This document shows, one piece after another, positions 28,671-38,796 of a stretch of DNA of 64,000 bases. The stretch covers positions 352,001 through 416,000 of the forward strand of contig CAWKBC010000032.1 in the NCBI GenBank assembly GCA_963847705.1. Direction: 5' to 3'. This DNA is from an uncultured Pseudomonadota bacterium (GTDB lineage: Bacteria; Myxococcota_A; Polyangia; Fen-1088). The notes under the pieces are model-generated. The model saw nothing but the letters and a program-made list of their open reading frames with translations. It was not told where the DNA came from and did not search any database. How positions within the stretch are numbered: the stretch's first letter is position 1; every line of letters starts with the position of its first letter. A program made the translations under genes and the position numbers.

Positions 28671-29910
28671 CCGTCTTGGTCTCGGTCTTGGTCTCGGTCT
28701 TGGTCTCGGTCTTGGTCTTCGAGCCGGTCGTGGTCTCGCTCTTGGCCTCGGGCGCCACCACGTGGACCGCCTCGCCATCGATGATCGAGTCGGGCGGGTT
28801 CTGCACCACCAGATCCGAGGGCTGCAGCCCCTCGCTCACCTCCACGGTCTTGCCGTCGTCGCGGCTGATGGTGATCGGCACCAGCCGGGCCTTGCCGTCC
28901 CGCACCACCGCCACCCGCAGCCCCTCCGAACGAAACATCAGCGTCGGGACCGGCAGCACCAGCGTCGGGTTCCCGGTGTCGATCTTGAAGTGGACCTGCC
29001 CGTAGGCCCCAGGAAAAAGGCGATGGTCGTGGTTGTCGACCTCGACCTCCACCAGCAGCGTGCGGAAGGTCGGATCGATCGCCTGCGCGTTGCGGACGAT
29101 CTTCCCCTGGAAGACCTGCCCCGGATGCTCGGGGACGGTGAGGCCCGCCTTCACCCCCGGCACCATCCCGCCGGAATAGACCTGCGGCACGTTGACGTAG
29201 ACGCGCAGCACATCGTCCGAGGCCAGGTGGAACAGCTCCCTGCCGGCGCCCGCGTCAATCAACGTTCCGATGTCGACGTTGCGCGCGGTGATCACCCCGT
29301 CGAAGGGGGCGAAGACGTTCTGGAAGCTGGTGAGCTGCGCCAGCCGGCGCGCGTTGGCCTGGGCGGCCGCCACCTGATTGCTGGTCGAGTTGGCCTGCGC
29401 CCGGAAGTTGTCGGTGTCCTGCTTGGAGACCGCGTTTTCGTTGAGGAGATCCTGATAGCGGGTCGATTGCGTCTCGGCGAACTTCGAGTTGGCCTTGGCG
29501 GTCGCCACGTCGGCCTGGGCCTGCTGCAGCTGCTGGTCGACCTCCGGGCTGGCGATCACCGCCAGCCGCTGCCCCTTCTTGACGTGGGCGCCGATGTCGA
29601 AGCTCCACGACTTCAGGTAGCCGCTGGTCCGCGCGAAAATAGGCGCGTCGGTGAAGGCCTGCACGTTCCCGGGAAGCACCACCTCCTGTCCCACCTTCCC
29701 GAGCTTGGGCGGAGCGACCAGCACGTCGGGCGCCGCCAGCGCGTCCGTCTGTTGCTGCAGCGTCGTGCGGGCCCGAACGCGCGGCACGATGCCGAGGATG
29801 GCGACCAGCACGGCCACCCCGATGAGCGCCCCGATCAGGACCAGCGCCTTGCGGCCGCTCAGCGGAGGTGGACCTTCGCCCGGTTTGGGAGGAGCGATAT
29901 CGTGACTCAT
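28657..29910 (-). CDS. RND periplasmic adaptor (MFP)
   Basis: IFARTSGYL..DIG..VKKGQ, APFDGVITARN, RTLLVEV. Confidence 0.92.
   Translation of the reverse strand: MSHDIAPPKPGEGPPPLSGRKALVLIGALIGVAVLVAILGIVPRVRARTTLQQQTDALAAPDVLVAPPKLGKVGQEVVLPGNVQAFTDAPIFARTSGYLKSWSFDIGAHVKKGQRLAVIASPEVDQQLQQAQADVATAKANSKFAETQSTRYQDLLNENAVSKQDTDNFRAQANSTSNQVAAAQANARRLAQLTSFQNVFAPFDGVITARNVDIGTLIDAGAGRELFHLASDDVLRVYVNVPQVYSGGMVPGVKAGLTVPEHPGQVFQGKIVRNAQAIDPTFRTLLVEVEVDNHDHRLFPGAYGQVHFKIDTGNPTLVLPVPTLMFRSEGLRVAVVRDGKARLVPITISRDDGKTVEVSEGLQPSDLVVQNPPDSIIDGEAVHVVAPEAKSETTTGSKTKTETKTETKTETKTDGAK
28673..28718. repeat. 12-bp tandem repeat (gtcttggtctcg x3.8; KTET tail of the MFP)
   Basis: Read directly from the sequence. 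Confidence 0.85.
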
Positions 29911-32900
29911 GAGCGAGATTCTCCTGCGGGGGCGGTGACGGCGCCCGCGGGCGGCTGGTCGTGGCTCTTGCGGCGCCCCAGCCACCCGTGAAGCACGTTG
30001 AAGAAGGTCGGGACGAAGAACAGGGTCGAGACGGTGGCAAACAGCAGGCCGCCGATGACCGCGCGGCCGAGCGGCGCGTTCTGCTCGCCGCCGTCGCCCA
30101 GGCCCAGCGCCATCGGGATCATGCCGATGATCATGGCCAGCGCCGTCATGATCACGGGGCGGAATCGGACGAAGCCGGCCGCCAGCGCTGCCGCGTGCGC
30201 GTCGCCCTTCAGCTCGTGCAGCTGCTCGCGCGCAAAGCTGACCACCAGGATCGAGTTCGAGGTCGCCACCCCCATGCACATGATCGTGCCGGTCAGCGCC
30301 GGGACGCTGATGCGGGTGTGGGTGACGAACAGGAACCAGACCACCCCCGCCACCGCCACCGGCAGGGCGGCGATGATGATGAAGGGATCGAGCCAGGACT
30401 GGAAGTTCACCACGATCAGCAGATAGACGAGGAGGATCGAGAAGGCCAGCCCCGCCACCAGACCAATGAACGAGCTGCGCATGGTCTGGACCTGCCCCCG
30501 CACGAAGACCTGCGAGCCGCGCGGCAGCTCCTTCTTGGCGTCAGCGATGAGCTTCTCGATCTTCCTGTCGACGCTGGCCAGATCGGTGTTGACCACGTTG
30601 CCGTAGATGTCGATGGCCGGCGCGATGTTGTAGTGGGAGACCGTGCCTTGGACCGCGCCCCGGTTGATGGAGGCGACGTTGGCCAGGATCTGGACCGGCT
30701 TGCCTGTGGTGAAGGTCGGCGCCGTCGCCGCCAGCCCGGCATTCGCGAGGGAGCCCGGGCCCGGGATGGTGATGGGGATGTTCTCCAGATCCTGCAGGCT
30801 GTCGAGCGCGTACTGCGGCGCCTGAACCGCGATGTTGTAGCTGACGTTGTTCTGCGGGTTCAGCCAGAAGCTGGGCGAGGTCTGGGAGCTGCCGCTGGTG
30901 GCGGTCAGCAGGCTGGTGGCGACGTCGCGCTGGGCGAGCCCCATCTGCAGGGCCTTGGTGCGGTCCACATCGATCTTCAGGGACGGGTTGTCGAACGGCT
31001 GCTGGATGCGCAGATCGGCAGTACCAGCCACCGTCTTGATCTTGTCGAGCAGCCGCTCGGCCCAGGCGTGGTTTCCGGCCAGGTCGTTCCCCACCACCTG
31101 GATGTCGAGCGGCGCCGGCAGTCCGAAGTTCAGGATCTGGGTGACCATGTCGACCGGCAGCTCGTAGAACAAGACGCCCGGGAAGCGGTGGTGCGAGAGC
31201 TCGCGGAACCGCTGGACGTACTCGGCGGTCGGGCGGTGCTTCTCGGCGAGCGAGACCTGGATGTCGGCATCGGCCGGCCCGACGGGCGCCGAGTTGGAGT
31301 AAGTGGTGTTGATGCCGCTGTAGGGCAGGCCGATGTTGTCGATGATGGTGACCAGCTCGTCCTTGGGGATGATCTCTCGAAAGGTCCGGTCGATCTGATC
31401 GCACAGGCTGGCCATGTCCTCGATGCGCGTTCCGGTGTGGGCACGGACGTGGAGCTTGAACTGCCCACTGTCGACGGACGGAAAGAAGTCCTGCCCCAGG
31501 TACGGGTAGAGCAGCGCCGCGGAGAGCAGCGCCAGGCCCACGAAGCCGACCAGGAAGAGCTTGGAGTGCGCCACGCAGAGCTCGAGGATGCGGTGGTAGC
31601 CGCCCCGAAAACTCTCGAATCCCCGTTCGAAGGCGGCCTGGAAGCGGATCAGGGGGTTGCGGCTGGTCTTGGCCTTTTCGGCGGCGGCGGCCTCGTGCTC
31701 GTGGCCGCGCAAGAGGTACTTGGCCATGGTCGGCACCACGGTGCGCGACAGGATGTAGGAGGCGATCATGGCGAAGCAGACCGCCTCGGCCAGCGGCACG
31801 AACAGGAACTTCGCCACGCCGGAGAGGAAGAACATCGGCACGAAGACGATGCAGATCGCGATGGTCGAGACCAGCGCCGGGACGGCGATCTGCTGGGCAC
31901 CGTCCAGGATGGCGTGCTCCACCTCCTTGCCCTGGCCGACGTTGCGGTTGATGTTCTCGATCTCGACGGTGGCGTCATCGACCAGGATGCCGACCGCCAG
32001 CGCCAGTCCCCCCAGCGTCATGATGTTGATCGTCTCGCCGAGCGCGCTGAGCGCGATCAGCGACGATAGGATCGCCAGCGGGATCGAGACGGCGATGATG
32101 ACGGTGCTCCGCCAGCTTCCCAGGAAGATCAGGATCATGACCGCCGTCAGGCAGGCGGCGATGATCGCCTCGCGCACGACCCCGTCGATCGACCCGCGCA
32201 CGAACACCGATTGATCGGCCAGCGGGGTGATCTTGAGCGCCTGCGGCAGCTGCGGTCTGATCACCTCCAGCTTGTCGCGAATCCCCTGAACGATGTCGAG
32301 CGTCGAGGCGTCGCCGGTCTTGATGACCGAGAGCAGCGAGGCCCGCTGCCCGTCGACGCGCACGATGTTGGTCTGAGGCGGGAAGCCATCGCGCACGTGG
32401 GCCACGTCGCGGATGAAGACCATGGCGCCGCTGCTGCCCGAGGCCCGGATGGGGAGGCCGTTCAGCTCCTCGAGCTTGAGCGGCGCGCTGTTGGTCTCCA
32501 CCTGGTATTCGAAGGGCCCGATCTTGGCGGTGCCCGAGGGGAGGATCAGGTTCTGCGCCGCGATGGTGTTGACCACGTCGGCCGGCGAGAGCCCCTTCGA
32601 CTGCAGCGCCGGCAGATCGAGATCGACCTGCACCTGCCGCTGCTTGCCACCGTAGGGATAGGGGATGCCGGCGCCGTCGACGGTGACCAGCTGGGTCCGG
32701 ATGTTGTTGAGACCGTAATCGTTGAGCTGCTGCTCCGACAGCCCCTGCCCGGAAAGGCCGAGCTGGATGATGGGGACGCTGGAGGCGCTGTACTGCAGGA
32801 TGAGCGGCGGCGTGGTGCCGAGGGGAAGCTGCCGCAGCTGGGTCTGGGCGATGGCGGTGACCTGCGCGACGGCGGCGGCGATGTTGACCTTGGGCTGGAA

Positions 32901-33185
32901 GAAGATCTTGACGACCGCGATGCCGTTCAGCGACTGCGACTCGATGTGCTCGATGTTGTTGACGGTGGTGGTCAGCGACCGCTCGGAGAGCACGACGATC
33001 CGGTTGGCCATCTGCTCGGGCGAGAGGCCGGTGTACTGCCAGACCATCGCCACCACCGGGATGTTGATGTTCGGGAAGATGTCGGTCGGCGTGGTGAGCG
33101 CGACCAGCGGTCCCAGGATCAGCAGAACCAGCGCGAGGACTGCGAAGGTGTATGGGCGACGGAGCGCGAGGCGGACTATCCACAT
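29907..33185 (-). CDS. RND efflux permease (AcrB/AcrD/AcrF family)
   Basis: TDIFPNINIP, GILVDDATVEIEN, RFRPVIMT, APLGRAVIGGL. Confidence 0.95.
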   Translation of the reverse strand: MWIVRLALRRPYTFAVLALVLLILGPLVALTTPTDIFPNINIPVVAMVWQYTGLSPEQMANRIVVLSERSLTTTVNNIEHIESQSLNGIAVVKIFFQPKVNIAAAVAQVTAIAQTQLRQLPLGTTPPLILQYSASSVPIIQLGLSGQGLSEQQLNDYGLNNIRTQLVTVDGAGIPYPYGGKQRQVQVDLDLPALQSKGLSPADVVNTIAAQNLILPSGTAKIGPFEYQVETNSAPLKLEELNGLPIRASGSSGAMVFIRDVAHVRDGFPPQTNIVRVDGQRASLLSVIKTGDASTLDIVQGIRDKLEVIRPQLPQALKITPLADQSVFVRGSIDGVVREAIIAACLTAVMILIFLGSWRSTVIIAVSIPLAILSSLIALSALGETINIMTLGGLALAVGILVDDATVEIENINRNVGQGKEVEHAILDGAQQIAVPALVSTIAICIVFVPMFFLSGVAKFLFVPLAEAVCFAMIASYILSRTVVPTMAKYLLRGHEHEAAAAEKAKTSRNPLIRFQAAFERGFESFRGGYHRILELCVAHSKLFLVGFVGLALLSAALLYPYLGQDFFPSVDSGQFKLHVRAHTGTRIEDMASLCDQIDRTFREIIPKDELVTIIDNIGLPYSGINTTYSNSAPVGPADADIQVSLAEKHRPTAEYVQRFRELSHHRFPGVLFYELPVDMVTQILNFGLPAPLDIQVVGNDLAGNHAWAERLLDKIKTVAGTADLRIQQPFDNPSLKIDVDRTKALQMGLAQRDVATSLLTATSGSSQTSPSFWLNPQNNVSYNIAVQAPQYALDSLQDLENIPITIPGPGSLANAGLAATAPTFTTGKPVQILANVASINRGAVQGTVSHYNIAPAIDIYGNVVNTDLASVDRKIEKLIADAKKELPRGSQVFVRGQVQTMRSSFIGLVAGLAFSILLVYLLIVVNFQSWLDPFIIIAALPVAVAGVVWFLFVTHTRISVPALTGTIMCMGVATSNSILVVSFAREQLHELKGDAHAAALAAGFVRFRPVIMTALAMIIGMIPMALGLGDGGEQNAPLGRAVIGGLLFATVSTLFFVPTFFNVLHGWLGRRKSHDQPPAGAVTAPAGESRS

Positions 33186-33310
33186 TGTCTAGAATTCAAA
33201 CAGCTGATGGTTTTTGTGACAGGTCGAGAAAGCACGGGCGGGACCGGCCTTGAAGAGATGCCGCAGCTCACTCGACGATTCGTGATTTTCGGGGTAGTCC
33301 GTAGGCCCTG

Positions 33311-33326
33311 TGCAACAACGGCGCCG
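33311..33326 (-). promoter_or_regulatory. Candidate sigma54 -24/-12 promoter of the RND operon
   Basis: Minus strand CGGCGCCGTTGTTGCA (GG-N10-GC), 125 nt upstream of the ATG. Confidence 0.5.
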
Positions 33327-33382
33327 GCCTGGCCGCAGCTCGGAGGCTGGGGCTCAGGGTCCTGGCGGCCATCCGATTGCCT

Positions 33383-34177
33383 TCAGGCGATGGACCGAAC
33401 GACACCACCGTCCACCCGAAGCGACGCGCCGGTGGTCGCGCTGGCGGCCACGCTCGACACATAGACGATCATGCTGGCGACTTCGTCGGGATCGGCGAAC
33501 CGACCGAGCAACGAGGTCGGCCGAGCGCTGGCGAAGAAGCCCCGCTCGACCTCCGCCTCGGTCACCGACTGTTGCGCGGCGAGCGAGCGCACGAAGGTCG
33601 CCACCCCCTCGGAGCGCGTCGGGCCGGGAAGGACGCTGTTGACGGTCACCCCCGTGCCGCGCGTCCGCTCCGCCAGACCCCGGGCGACCGCCAGCTGAGC
33701 CGTCTTGGTCATGCCGTAGTGGATCATCTCGACCGGGATCTGCAGGGCCGACTCGCTGGAGACGAACAGGATGCGGCCCCAGTTCCGGGCCAGCATGCCG
33801 GCCAGATAGTGCCGAGAGAGACGAACGCCGCTCATCACGTTGGTCTCGAAGAAGCGCATCCACTCCTCGTCCTCGATCGCCTCGAACGGCTTGGGGTCGA
33901 AGATGCCGGCATTGTTGACCAGCACGTCGACCGAGGCGACGGCCTCGGTCAGCTGGCGGACGCCGCTCGCGGACGAGACGTCGGCCACCACGCCGCGAAC
34001 GGAGGTGCCGTCGACTTCCCGGCGTATCGCCTCCACGGCGGCGTCGACTCTCCGCTGGCTTCGCCCGTTGATGATGAGGGAGGCCCCCTCCATCGCGAAG
34101 CGGCGGGCCGAAGCGAAGCCGATTCCTGCCGTCGAGCCAGTGACGAGAACGGTCTTTCCACGCAGGCCGAGATCCAT
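33383..34177 (-). CDS. SDR oxidoreductase
   Basis: TGSTAGIG, NNAG, YGMTK, VDGG. Confidence 0.92.
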   Translation of the reverse strand: MDLGLRGKTVLVTGSTAGIGFASARRFAMEGASLIINGRSQRRVDAAVEAIRREVDGTSVRGVVADVSSASGVRQLTEAVASVDVLVNNAGIFDPKPFEAIEDEEWMRFFETNVMSGVRLSRHYLAGMLARNWGRILFVSSESALQIPVEMIHYGMTKTAQLAVARGLAERTRGTGVTVNSVLPGPTRSEGVATFVRSLAAQQSVTEAEVERGFFASARPTSLLGRFADPDEVASMIVYVSSVAASATTGASLRVDGGVVRSIA

Positions 34178-34284
34178 CCCCCTACCCTAGCAGGCGGGGC
34201 GGCGGGCGGAACCGAAGCTGGCGGCTCGGCGCCCCACCCACTTCCAGGAGAATCGACCGGGCCGGCCTCGTCGGCCCGCCAGGG

Positions 34285-36111
34285 TTAGCCGGTGCCGCCG
34301 GCGGCACCAGCGGTCTGCCGGCGCAGCTCGTCGCCGAACATCTGCTGGATCATGCGCGCGGTGGCGCCCTTGCCCCCGCTGGCGTGGGCGGCCAGCGCGT
34401 CGGCGAACTCGGCGGCCGACTGGAACCGCTCGGCCGGCTCGAAGGCCAGCGCCTTTTCCAGCACCGAGGCCGCGGGATCGGGCAGCTTGCGAATGCGCGT
34501 CAGATCGTCAGACGTGATCCCGTTGGCGGCGCGGTAGAGCACGTCGAGATCGTTCTCGCCGGTGTAGAGCAGCTCGCCGGCGAGACAGTAGTAAAGCACG
34601 TGCCCCAGCGAGAAGAGATCGCTGCGGTGGTCGACCATCTGTCCGCGCGCCTGCTCGGGGGACATGAAATTCGCGTTGCCCTTCACCATCCCGACCTGCG
34701 TCTTGCTGACCCGGCGGTTCGACTTCACGATCCCGAAGTCGGAGAGCTTCACCTCGCCCAGCAGCGACACCATGACGTTGCTGGCCGAGATGTCCCGGTG
34801 GACGATCCCCATCGGGGAGCCGACCTTGTCGCGTTGCTCGTGCGCGTAGGACAGCGCCTGAAGCGTCTCGTGCGCGATGTAGTAGGCCATCGCCTCCGGG
34901 AGGCCCGCGTCATGCTGCTCGATGTAACGGCCCACGAAGCGGGCCAGGTCGCGGCCGACGATGTACTCCTGGGTCATGAAGTACTCGCCCGCCACCACGC
35001 CGAAGTCGAACACCGGAACGATGTTCGAATGGACCAGCCCCGCCTGCATCCGCGCCTCGTCGATGAACTGCGAGACGGCCTCTTTCTCGCGGGCCAGCTC
35101 GGGGCGCAGGCGCTTGAGGACGAAGTTCCGCGTGAACCCCTCGGCGCCCGCGACCTCGGCGACGAACAGCTCCGACATCCCCCCCTCGCCCAGGCGATCG
35201 ACCAGCCTGTAACGCCCGAAGATCGCGCCCACGCCGACCGGTCCGGTCTGCCGGGCGACCGCCAGATTCGCCGCCGCTCCCTGCGGGCTGCGGATGCTGA
35301 CCGCCTTGCCGTCGGTGATGCGGCCCGGGCGGAGCTCGGGCGCGGTGACCAGCTCGGAAGCTGCCGGGAGCGCGCGCGGCCTGGCCGGCGTCCCGAACTT
35401 CGACGTCGGCTCATGCGGAATCTCCCCGACAACCACAGCGCCGGGGGCGCCCACGACGTCCGGGCTCCGTCGCCCCGAGACGACCAGCGCCGCGCCCCCC
35501 AGCGCGACGCCGAGCGCGAGCAGCCACCACCCGGGGTGCTCGGCGAAGCGCGCTCCGCCGGCGCCCGGGACGACCGCCGGCGCGACGGCAGCGGCGAGGG
35601 TCACCGGGCGGCCGAGCAACACCACCGCATCGAGCTCGGGGCTGCCGGGGAGGTGCGCCGCCGCCATCACGTAGCTCTGACCGCCGACGTCGACGATCGC
35701 CGAGGCGATCTGGCGCTTGCGGGCCTCCGCCACGACCTCCTCGTCGCTGCGCCCCACGTCGGGGCCGCGGCTGACGGTGGTCTTGTCGCCGACGCGCACG
35801 CGCACCACCGGAAACTCGCTCCGGTAGGGGCGCCACCAGTCCTCGTTCTCGAACAGATCGACCAGCGTCGGTCCATCGACGCGCGCCCGCAGCGCCGCCT
35901 CCAGCGGCTCGAGGCGGGCCGCCTCCCAGACGTCCTTCTCGGCGGACTTCTTCTCCGTCGCGCCGCGAGTGTCGGCCTCGCCGGTGGCGCTCCGGAGCAG
36001 CGCCGCCTGCACGCGCGCCTGATCGCCGAGAACAGAACGCACGCCGAGCACGCCCACGGCCGTCCCGGCGACGATGAGCGCGATCCCCAACAGCAGGCGT
36101 GTCTTCCGCAT
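34285..36111 (-). CDS. Membrane-anchored Ser/Thr protein kinase with periplasmic domain
   Basis: Two TM segments flank about 165 aa; LGEGGMS, VLKR, HRDISASN, DFG, MSPE, DLFSLG. Confidence 0.9.
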   Translation of the reverse strand: MRKTRLLLGIALIVAGTAVGVLGVRSVLGDQARVQAALLRSATGEADTRGATEKKSAEKDVWEAARLEPLEAALRARVDGPTLVDLFENEDWWRPYRSEFPVVRVRVGDKTTVSRGPDVGRSDEEVVAEARKRQIASAIVDVGGQSYVMAAAHLPGSPELDAVVLLGRPVTLAAAVAPAVVPGAGGARFAEHPGWWLLALGVALGGAALVVSGRRSPDVVGAPGAVVVGEIPHEPTSKFGTPARPRALPAASELVTAPELRPGRITDGKAVSIRSPQGAAANLAVARQTGPVGVGAIFGRYRLVDRLGEGGMSELFVAEVAGAEGFTRNFVLKRLRPELAREKEAVSQFIDEARMQAGLVHSNIVPVFDFGVVAGEYFMTQEYIVGRDLARFVGRYIEQHDAGLPEAMAYYIAHETLQALSYAHEQRDKVGSPMGIVHRDISASNVMVSLLGEVKLSDFGIVKSNRRVSKTQVGMVKGNANFMSPEQARGQMVDHRSDLFSLGHVLYYCLAGELLYTGENDLDVLYRAANGITSDDLTRIRKLPDPAASVLEKALAFEPAERFQSAAEFADALAAHASGGKGATARMIQQMFGDELRRQTAGAAGGTG

Positions 36112-36138
36112 GGTTCTCCTCGACGTCAGCGACCCCGA

Positions 36139-37083
36139 CTAGTCACGGTACGAGCCATAGGCCTGGCCGAACTTGTTGGCGTGGGCCGAGGGGTCCTCGT
36201 GCTCCAGCGTGAACGAGACCTCGGTGGTGGGGCCGTTGACGGCGACCCTCTGCGACTCCACCTTCGTCTCGGGGCTCCAGGCCACCAGGCGCCGGACACC
36301 CGGGGGGACGTTCTCGATCCGGAACGTCCCGTCGGGGCGCACCTTGGCGTAGAGCACGCTCGGCACGACCAGGACCTTGGCCGACATCTTTTGATGAATG
36401 TTGCAGAAGATGTCGACCACGCCCGGACCGGTCACGGTGACCGAGCGCGCCTTGTCGCCGGCCTGGTAGGTGCCGAGATCGAAGCTGTTGCGCGGGGAGT
36501 TCGAAAAGACGTTGTGATAGACGGCGTCCATGTTGGGGAACATCAGGTTGGTCCCGGTCTGGACCACCGCCACGCGCGGGCTGAACTGCCGGCCCTCCTG
36601 CTTGATCTCCACCACCTTGTGGTGGGTGAGCGGCATCTTGACGTTTTCGACGTAGACGTACACGTCCTCCAGCGACCCGCCGGTCACGGTGACCCTGCCT
36701 TCGATCGATCCCGGCCGCCGATCGGCCGCCGCGGTGGCGGCCGGCGACTTCTTCGCCTGCTTCTCGGACGCCGCTTCGGCAGCGGGCTCGCTGGGCGCCG
36801 AAGCGGGCGCGGCCGCCACACCGGGCAGCGGCGTGCCGCCCCCCTGCCCTTGCAGCAACCGCAAGAGCATGTCGTAGCGCTGCTGCTCGGTCTGCATCAT
36901 CTGGATGATGAGCTGCCGCTGCTCGCGCACGTCGTTCTGCAGCTTGGCGAGCTCGGCGCGCGTCGGCGGTCCCTCCGGAGCCTTGGCGTCTTGCCCGTTC
37001 TGGGCCCAGGCCGGCGCCGCCAGCCGGGCGATCAGCAGCCCGCTCAGGATGCCGGTCCAGATTGGTCTCGACGTCTTCTCCAT
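36139..37083 (-). CDS. Exported coiled-coil + cupredoxin-like/carboxypeptidase-regulatory-like protein (alternative start TTG 37122)
   Basis: Signal ending AWA-Q; FPNMDAVYHNVFS and DIFCNIHQKM; DGTFRIENVPPG. Confidence 0.75.
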   Translation of the reverse strand: MEKTSRPIWTGILSGLLIARLAAPAWAQNGQDAKAPEGPPTRAELAKLQNDVREQRQLIIQMMQTEQQRYDMLLRLLQGQGGGTPLPGVAAAPASAPSEPAAEAASEKQAKKSPAATAAADRRPGSIEGRVTVTGGSLEDVYVYVENVKMPLTHHKVVEIKQEGRQFSPRVAVVQTGTNLMFPNMDAVYHNVFSNSPRNSFDLGTYQAGDKARSVTVTGPGVVDIFCNIHQKMSAKVLVVPSVLYAKVRPDGTFRIENVPPGVRRLVAWSPETKVESQRVAVNGPTTEVSFTLEHEDPSAHANKFGQAYGSYRD

Positions 37084-37114
37084 GGTGCGCCTCGCGATGG
37101 CTTCGTTTGTTTGG

Positions 37115-38566
37115 TCAGTCAATCAACACCAGCGACGATGTGAAGACGTCGTCCTTGATCTGCGGGACGCCCCCGTATTCACCGTTGTGGAGGTACTCGA
37201 GCTTGAGAATGATCCGATCGGTGAAGTTCACGTGGACGCCGCCCGTGGCCCGCCACCCCTTGGTCAGGTAAGCGCGGTCGGCGCCGCCGGGCGCGTTGGG
37301 GTCGCCCAGCCAGATGAAGGCGTCGCGATATTCGATTCGCCCGATGACGCCCAGGTGCGCCTGCAGATAGGCCGCCAGCTCGACATAGCCGCCACCGTGG
37401 AGCTGCAGGCCGTACACCTGGTTGACCGCGTCGCCCGGCGACGCCCCGCGCAGGTACTCGGCGCGAAGATCGGCGCGGCGCAGATGGAGCTGGTAGTCGA
37501 CGCCCCAGAACCACATCTTGCCGACGTCGTTGGGCGAGCGGTCCTGCGGCCCGTACGATCCCGAGGTCCCCAGCTCCATGTCGAGCGGGAATGGCGGGTG
37601 GAGCGAGAGCCGTCCGCTGACCGTCTTCCCCAGGTTGACGTCGGTCTCGTTGTAAAAGAAGAACTGCTCGGTGGTGAACGATCCGTTGGTGACCGCTCCC
37701 GCCAGCACCAGGAGATCGTCCGGACCGAACTTAGAGCGGACCTTGACGCCGATCGCGGTCCCGGTGGTGTAGCGCGCGATCAGCGAGGGGGTGATGCCAT
37801 ACCGCTGGTCCGACTTCCGCTCGCGGTACTCGATGCCCAGCACAGAGTCGAACTTGCCGACGAAGATCGACGTCCTCTGGGAGCGGGTGGGCATCCATTC
37901 CAGCTGCGCGAGGTCGACGTCAAAGACGTCTCCCAGGTTGAAGTTCGACCCGGTGCGCGGCGTGAAGTTGAGGCTGGCGGTGGCGATCGCGCTCTGCCCC
38001 AGACCGGAGGTCAGCTTCATGTTGATCTCGTTGACGATGAAACTGGGCGCTCCGCCGGAGTGGATGGCGTCGTTGCGCGGCACCGCGCCGGTGGCATCGC
38101 CCAGGTCGGCCGGCTCCCCGCGCGTGTTGATGGGGGTGGCCAGGATGTCGCCCAGGAACACCCAGCCGTACTTCCCCGCGTATTGCGGAAAGTAAACGTT
38201 CCCTTGATCGCGGACGATGCCGGACCCGTTCCCTTGCGTCGCGAAGAACCCGAGATCGATGTAGCCACCCAGAATGACCCGCGGCTGGCGGTTGGCGACC
38301 AGCGACTGCATCTGGTCGAGACGCGCTTCCAGCTCGGAGATCTTGGCGATGGGATCTTCGTGACCCTCGTCGTGCGTGTCGTCGGGCAGCACCAGGCTGG
38401 GCGCTTCATCCGCGGTGGCGGGCGCGGGCTCGGGCGCGGCCGTCGCCGGCTCGACCGACTCGACCGGCGCCGGCGCCTGGTCGTCGGGCGCCGCCTTCGC
38501 GCGACCAACGACCAGCAGAAGAACGCCCGCAACCAAAGGCGTGATCCGTCGCGATCGGGGCATCAT
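37115..38566 (-). CDS. Outer-membrane beta-barrel (porin-like) protein
   Basis: Signal peptide, short coiled coil, alternating beta-strands, VGKFDSVLGIEY, LKLEYLHN near the C-terminus. Confidence 0.7.
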   Translation of the reverse strand: MMPRSRRITPLVAGVLLLVVGRAKAAPDDQAPAPVESVEPATAAPEPAPATADEAPSLVLPDDTHDEGHEDPIAKISELEARLDQMQSLVANRQPRVILGGYIDLGFFATQGNGSGIVRDQGNVYFPQYAGKYGWVFLGDILATPINTRGEPADLGDATGAVPRNDAIHSGGAPSFIVNEINMKLTSGLGQSAIATASLNFTPRTGSNFNLGDVFDVDLAQLEWMPTRSQRTSIFVGKFDSVLGIEYRERKSDQRYGITPSLIARYTTGTAIGVKVRSKFGPDDLLVLAGAVTNGSFTTEQFFFYNETDVNLGKTVSGRLSLHPPFPLDMELGTSGSYGPQDRSPNDVGKMWFWGVDYQLHLRRADLRAEYLRGASPGDAVNQVYGLQLHGGGYVELAAYLQAHLGVIGRIEYRDAFIWLGDPNAPGGADRAYLTKGWRATGGVHVNFTDRIILKLEYLHNGEYGGVPQIKDDVFTSSLVLID

Positions 38567-38796
38567 TGAGAACCCATGACATCGGCTCGATCCACGAAGA
38601 CTGAAGGTTCCGTAACTGGCATTAACGCCTTGATTGGCAAAGACAAAACAGCGATCTCAGGACCCGTAATGCGGCGAACGCTTCGTAGCGTCGCCGCTGC
38701 GAACGTTTCATTCAGCGGGCAGCTCAATCGCAACAAACGACGACGCCGACCGCCAGCGCCATTGATCGCGGGCGGGCGTCGGCGTGCCCCCGAACT

